DNA from: a virus
Taxonomy: Duplodnaviria; Caudoviricetes
Direction: 5' to 3' (one strand)
DNA length: 36,524 bases
IMG/VR virus record: IMGVR_UViG_3300027785_000064
Coordinates: 1 to 36,524 of that record
The notes under the pieces were generated by a model, which searched no databases, was not told where the DNA came from, and saw nothing but the letters and a program-made list of their open reading frames with translations. Shown in pieces: positions 33,567 to 36,524 of the stretch. Each line of letters opens with the position of its first letter. Position 1 is the first letter of the stretch. The position numbers and the translations under genes were made by a program.

Positions 33567-33594
33567 TATAGTATATTAATTATTGATTTTGTGC
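33567..33594 (-). promoter_or_regulatory. Late promoter GCACAA-N13-TATACTATA
   Basis: One of five identically spaced copies. Confidence 0.75.
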
Positions 33595-33599
33595 AATAT

Positions 33600-34808
33600 T
33601 TATCCATTAGAAATTAAACATACTGATTCTGCATGAGGTTTCATCCCTTCATTACCCTCATAAGCTATGAATGTTCTACTCGGATGTAACAGTTCAATGC
33701 CTTTCTGCTGAGCAATACATGAGATAACAGATTGATCGTGTCGATGTTCATGCCAATTCCCTTGATAAGCATTTGTATGAGCGAATCCTAAGTATTCATT
33801 GAATGTATCTGTGCCTATCTTTGTATTGAAATTAAACCCCATAGCACAAGCCATGACCATCTTATAGTTCTCAGCATCCTTTCTATGCATTCCAAAATGT
33901 GCTAAACATTCATTATGAGTAAATGAAGCAATGGAGAAGCCGATGTTATCGAATAGCATTACACCATTATCTTTGATGTATTGGAATACTTCACTTGGAT
34001 TCTTTGTTAAGTAAATAGCTGAATCAAGCCATAAGATAAGATTATATCCTTGCTCCCTTGCTTTCTGTATTGAGTAAGGTTTGAATGCATAAGGATACTC
34101 AGAATGTGACTTACAATTGATTTCTGAATAGTTAGTGTAATGAATGAAATCGATACCATAAGGTTTCACGCTTTCTCTCATTCTATGTGCTAACTTGTTA
34201 TATCGTTCAGTATTGCTAAATGTAACTACACACATCCTGGTAGCTTTACTTGCTATATTATTTACAGATGAATAGTTATAGATTTGCCATATTAAATGTA
34301 CTTTAATCTCAGACTGCGGATTCATCTGCTTAGTCCAGTCAAAGTCCTCTCCATTGTTTAAAGGTTTGAATCTTGCTTTCTTTGTCAGTTCTCTATTCCA
34401 TACAGACATAACTGAAGGATACCTTTTTGTAATTCCATCATTAAGCTGTTCTGATTCATGATAGATAGACTGATCAATAATATGTCCAACACCATCGATA
34501 TAAGCTAACACATCTGCATTTATAACATCTACATCATGATCAAGCAAAGGATATAACGATTCGATAAAGTTATCCAGTACATCATCATCATCATCGACAA
34601 ACATGATATACTTACCGGAAGCAACATCGATTAATGCCTGTCTTTTTTCTCCTACAGTTAATCCATTAGGTTCATCATAACGAGGAGCATTGTTGTATAA
34701 CACCTCAACCCCATCATAATCGATTACAAGTGATACAATGCGATTAAACAACAGATTAAACTTCTCTTGTCTTTCTTTAACTGTAGCTATTAGTATACTT
34801 AACTTCAT
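33600..34808 (-). CDS. Bifunctional glycosyltransferase (GT2-like plus second GT-A-like domain)
   Basis: LSILIAT, GEKR..L, FVDDDD, GEDFDW; second domain YAFKP, LWLDS, HRHDQS. Confidence 0.8.
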   Translation of the reverse strand: MKLSILIATVKERQEKFNLLFNRIVSLVIDYDGVEVLYNNAPRYDEPNGLTVGEKRQALIDVASGKYIMFVDDDDDVLDNFIESLYPLLDHDVDVINADVLAYIDGVGHIIDQSIYHESEQLNDGITKRYPSVMSVWNRELTKKARFKPLNNGEDFDWTKQMNPQSEIKVHLIWQIYNYSSVNNIASKATRMCVVTFSNTERYNKLAHRMRESVKPYGIDFIHYTNYSEINCKSHSEYPYAFKPYSIQKAREQGYNLILWLDSAIYLTKNPSEVFQYIKDNGVMLFDNIGFSIASFTHNECLAHFGMHRKDAENYKMVMACAMGFNFNTKIGTDTFNEYLGFAHTNAYQGNWHEHRHDQSVISCIAQQKGIELLHPSRTFIAYEGNEGMKPHAESVCLISNG

Positions 34809-35392
34809 CGTGCCATTATTAGGTTCTCAGCATTAACATGAACTACCTTAAAGCCATTGAACTTGTTAATGTAATCAATGTACTTCTGTGTCTCTTTGCC
34901 ATTGGTTTCTATGCAGATCATTGAACATTGAACTCTATCTAAGTCTATCTGAGTAAGAATCTCATAGTCGATACCTTCACAATCAATAGAAATAAAATCG
35001 TAGTATCTAAATGGACTTGTAAGCATAAAATGTTCAAAGGTTATAACTTCACATTCTACAGTCTTGAATGTATAAGTACCATCCCATCTACCCATCTCGC
35101 TATCGATTAAGGTAGAGTAATAAGTATCGTTTGCATTCAGATCAAATGTTCCGTTTAAAGTTCCCATCGCTAACTCATAACAATAGACATACTTGTAATC
35201 TAAACAGTTATTTGCAAGTCTTTCGAATACATTAGGATTAGGTTCGAAGCATACTCCCTGCCAACCTTTCTCCATCAATGCTCTTGTGTTGGATAGGTCT
35301 TTACCATCATACGCTCCTAAATCCAGGAATATACCTGTCCTATCTTTAAAGTGATTAAGGATGTATAGTTCTTCTTGATTCTGAGAGTACAT
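34805..35392 (-). CDS. FkbM-like SAM-dependent methyltransferase
   Basis: YSQNQEE, FLDLGAYDG..LSNT, FEPNP, FISIDCEG.D. Confidence 0.85.
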   Translation of the reverse strand: MYSQNQEELYILNHFKDRTGIFLDLGAYDGKDLSNTRALMEKGWQGVCFEPNPNVFERLANNCLDYKYVYCYELAMGTLNGTFDLNANDTYYSTLIDSEMGRWDGTYTFKTVECEVITFEHFMLTSPFRYYDFISIDCEGIDYEILTQIDLDRVQCSMICIETNGKETQKYIDYINKFNGFKVVHVNAENLIMAR

Positions 35393-35394
35393 GG

Positions 35395-35970
35395 TTATTT
35401 ATTTTGTATAAATTTATAATGATAAATCGGTGTTTTTATTCGCTGCTCTGTCTTTAATACTTTCGCATCGTGTATTCTCTTTGCCCATTCGTAATCCTCA
35501 CCGATAGTTATCGGTAAGAACTTAAAGTCTTTAATCAGTTCTTTTTTCATTGGTGCAAGGTGATTAGGGAATCTTTCATAAATTAATTTGCCATCAACTA
35601 CTTTTGATCCATAGTTAAAGTTTAATCCCATATCCCAATGAACTAAGCTATGACCATTGGTAGTTATGTACCCATTGATAGGAATCACATCAGGATCATT
35701 GTCAATCGCACACATGATTAAAAATATATAGGATTCCAAAGGTTCATCATCATCATCAAAGAATACAACATACTTACCCTTTGCTTTTTCTATTAGTCTA
35801 TTCCTTTTTTCTCCTGTTGGTGTTTCTCTGTTATCTGTATCGATAACTATCTCAATGTCTTTAAATGCATTGCAATCTACTATCTGTCTATTGAGTAGAT
35901 TAACAGTCTTGAGTAGTGTAGCTTCTCTTGACTGTAATGTAGGGATGAGGATTGATAGTTTATAGTCCAA
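35395..35970 (-). CDS. GT2-like glycosyltransferase
   Basis: LSILIPT, GEKRN.L, FFDDDD, PNHL, GEDYEW. Confidence 0.85.
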   Translation of the reverse strand: MDYKLSILIPTLQSREATLLKTVNLLNRQIVDCNAFKDIEIVIDTDNRETPTGEKRNRLIEKAKGKYVVFFDDDDEPLESYIFLIMCAIDNDPDVIPINGYITTNGHSLVHWDMGLNFNYGSKVVDGKLIYERFPNHLAPMKKELIKDFKFLPITIGEDYEWAKRIHDAKVLKTEQRIKTPIYHYKFIQNK

Positions 35971-36524
35971 AGTTTATTTTTTTACGTTTATTAAATGTAA
36001 TCTCATCTGCTACCCATAACGCTCTATCCTCTGTCTTGATACTTAATGCATCTTGAGGTGCTAACCCCCATGCAGGATGCAGATGTCTAAATAGTTTAAG
36101 GTTATCACCCATGTACTTATAACATCCTAACTGCTTCGCTACAATGTCATTCTCAACATCACACCATAAAGATATGTAATCGGGATGATAAATGTACTTA
36201 AATCTGTCATAATAATTTCTTCCAACGATATGCATTGTACATACATTGTCTTTCTGATTACCATCGTTAAAGTGAATGTACTGGTTAAAGTCTTTGTAAA
36301 ATTCAGCACGAATAATATCATCGAATCCCTTCTTAGTGAAGATCATATCATCAGACATATTAATAAGAATATCCCAATCATAATCGAACTCATTAATGTC
36401 TCTGTTGATAGCATCAATCTTATTCTTACTGTTACCCACTACAAAGGTATGGTTACCATCTAATACCGGAAGAGGATACATACTTTGGTCATCTTTATCA
36501 ACTGAGATCAGAATGTGATAGTCC
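35814..36524. repeat. Right copy of imperfect terminal direct repeat
   Basis: Aligns to 1..711 without gaps. Confidence 0.95.
35960..36524 (-). CDS. Variant allele of the 147..803 GT-A protein, 5' end cut by the window edge
   Basis: Same protein with about 12 aa substitutions. Confidence 0.85.
   Translation of the reverse strand, partial: DYHILISVDKDDQSMYPLPVLDGNHTFVVGNSKNKIDAINRDINEFDYDWDILINMSDDMIFTKKGFDDIIRAEFYKDFNQYIHFNDGNQKDNVCTMHIVGRNYYDRFKYIYHPDYISLWCDVENDIVAKQLGCYKYMGDNLKLFRHLHPAWGLAPQDALSIKTEDRALWVADEITFNKRKKINFGL

Noticed and set aside
1-36524. Stop-codon reassignment, tRNA genes, integrase/att site
   Set aside because: Genes are full length and tightly packed under the standard code with all three stops used; no tRNA or integrase recognised by eye

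Overview
Near-complete, circularly permuted genome (unit length about 35,813 bp) of a tailed dsDNA phage. It is probably a siphovirus of a Bacteroidota host, judged from TAnnTTTG promoters, A-rich AAAACTATG start contexts and a DUF3127-type SSB. The + strand (3.2-13.6 kb) carries the early and replication genes: small ORFs, a Cro-like HTH, an SF2 helicase plus N4/N6 DNA methyltransferase, a recombination pair, SSB, an iteron-type origin, a primase-helicase and nucleases. The - strand carries a phage ECF-like sigma factor heading a coupled run of five glycosyltransferase genes plus a FkbM-like methyltransferase (spanning the contig ends). These are followed by terminase, tail, head, portal, tail-fibre and lysis genes. 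No integrase, CI repressor, tRNA or CRISPR array was recognised. Most notable: (1) the glycosylation/methylation operon, about 13% of the genome, a candidate virion-glycan system; (2) five copies of an exactly spaced late-promoter motif RCACAA-N13-TATACT, mostly abutting start codons; (3) two candidate programmed -1 frameshifts, one in the tail chaperone and a dnaX-like A-AAA-AAG-stop in the portal; (4) a pseudoknot/uORF leader; (5) an imperfect 711-bp terminal repeat. All protein calls come from motif recognition by eye, with no database search.
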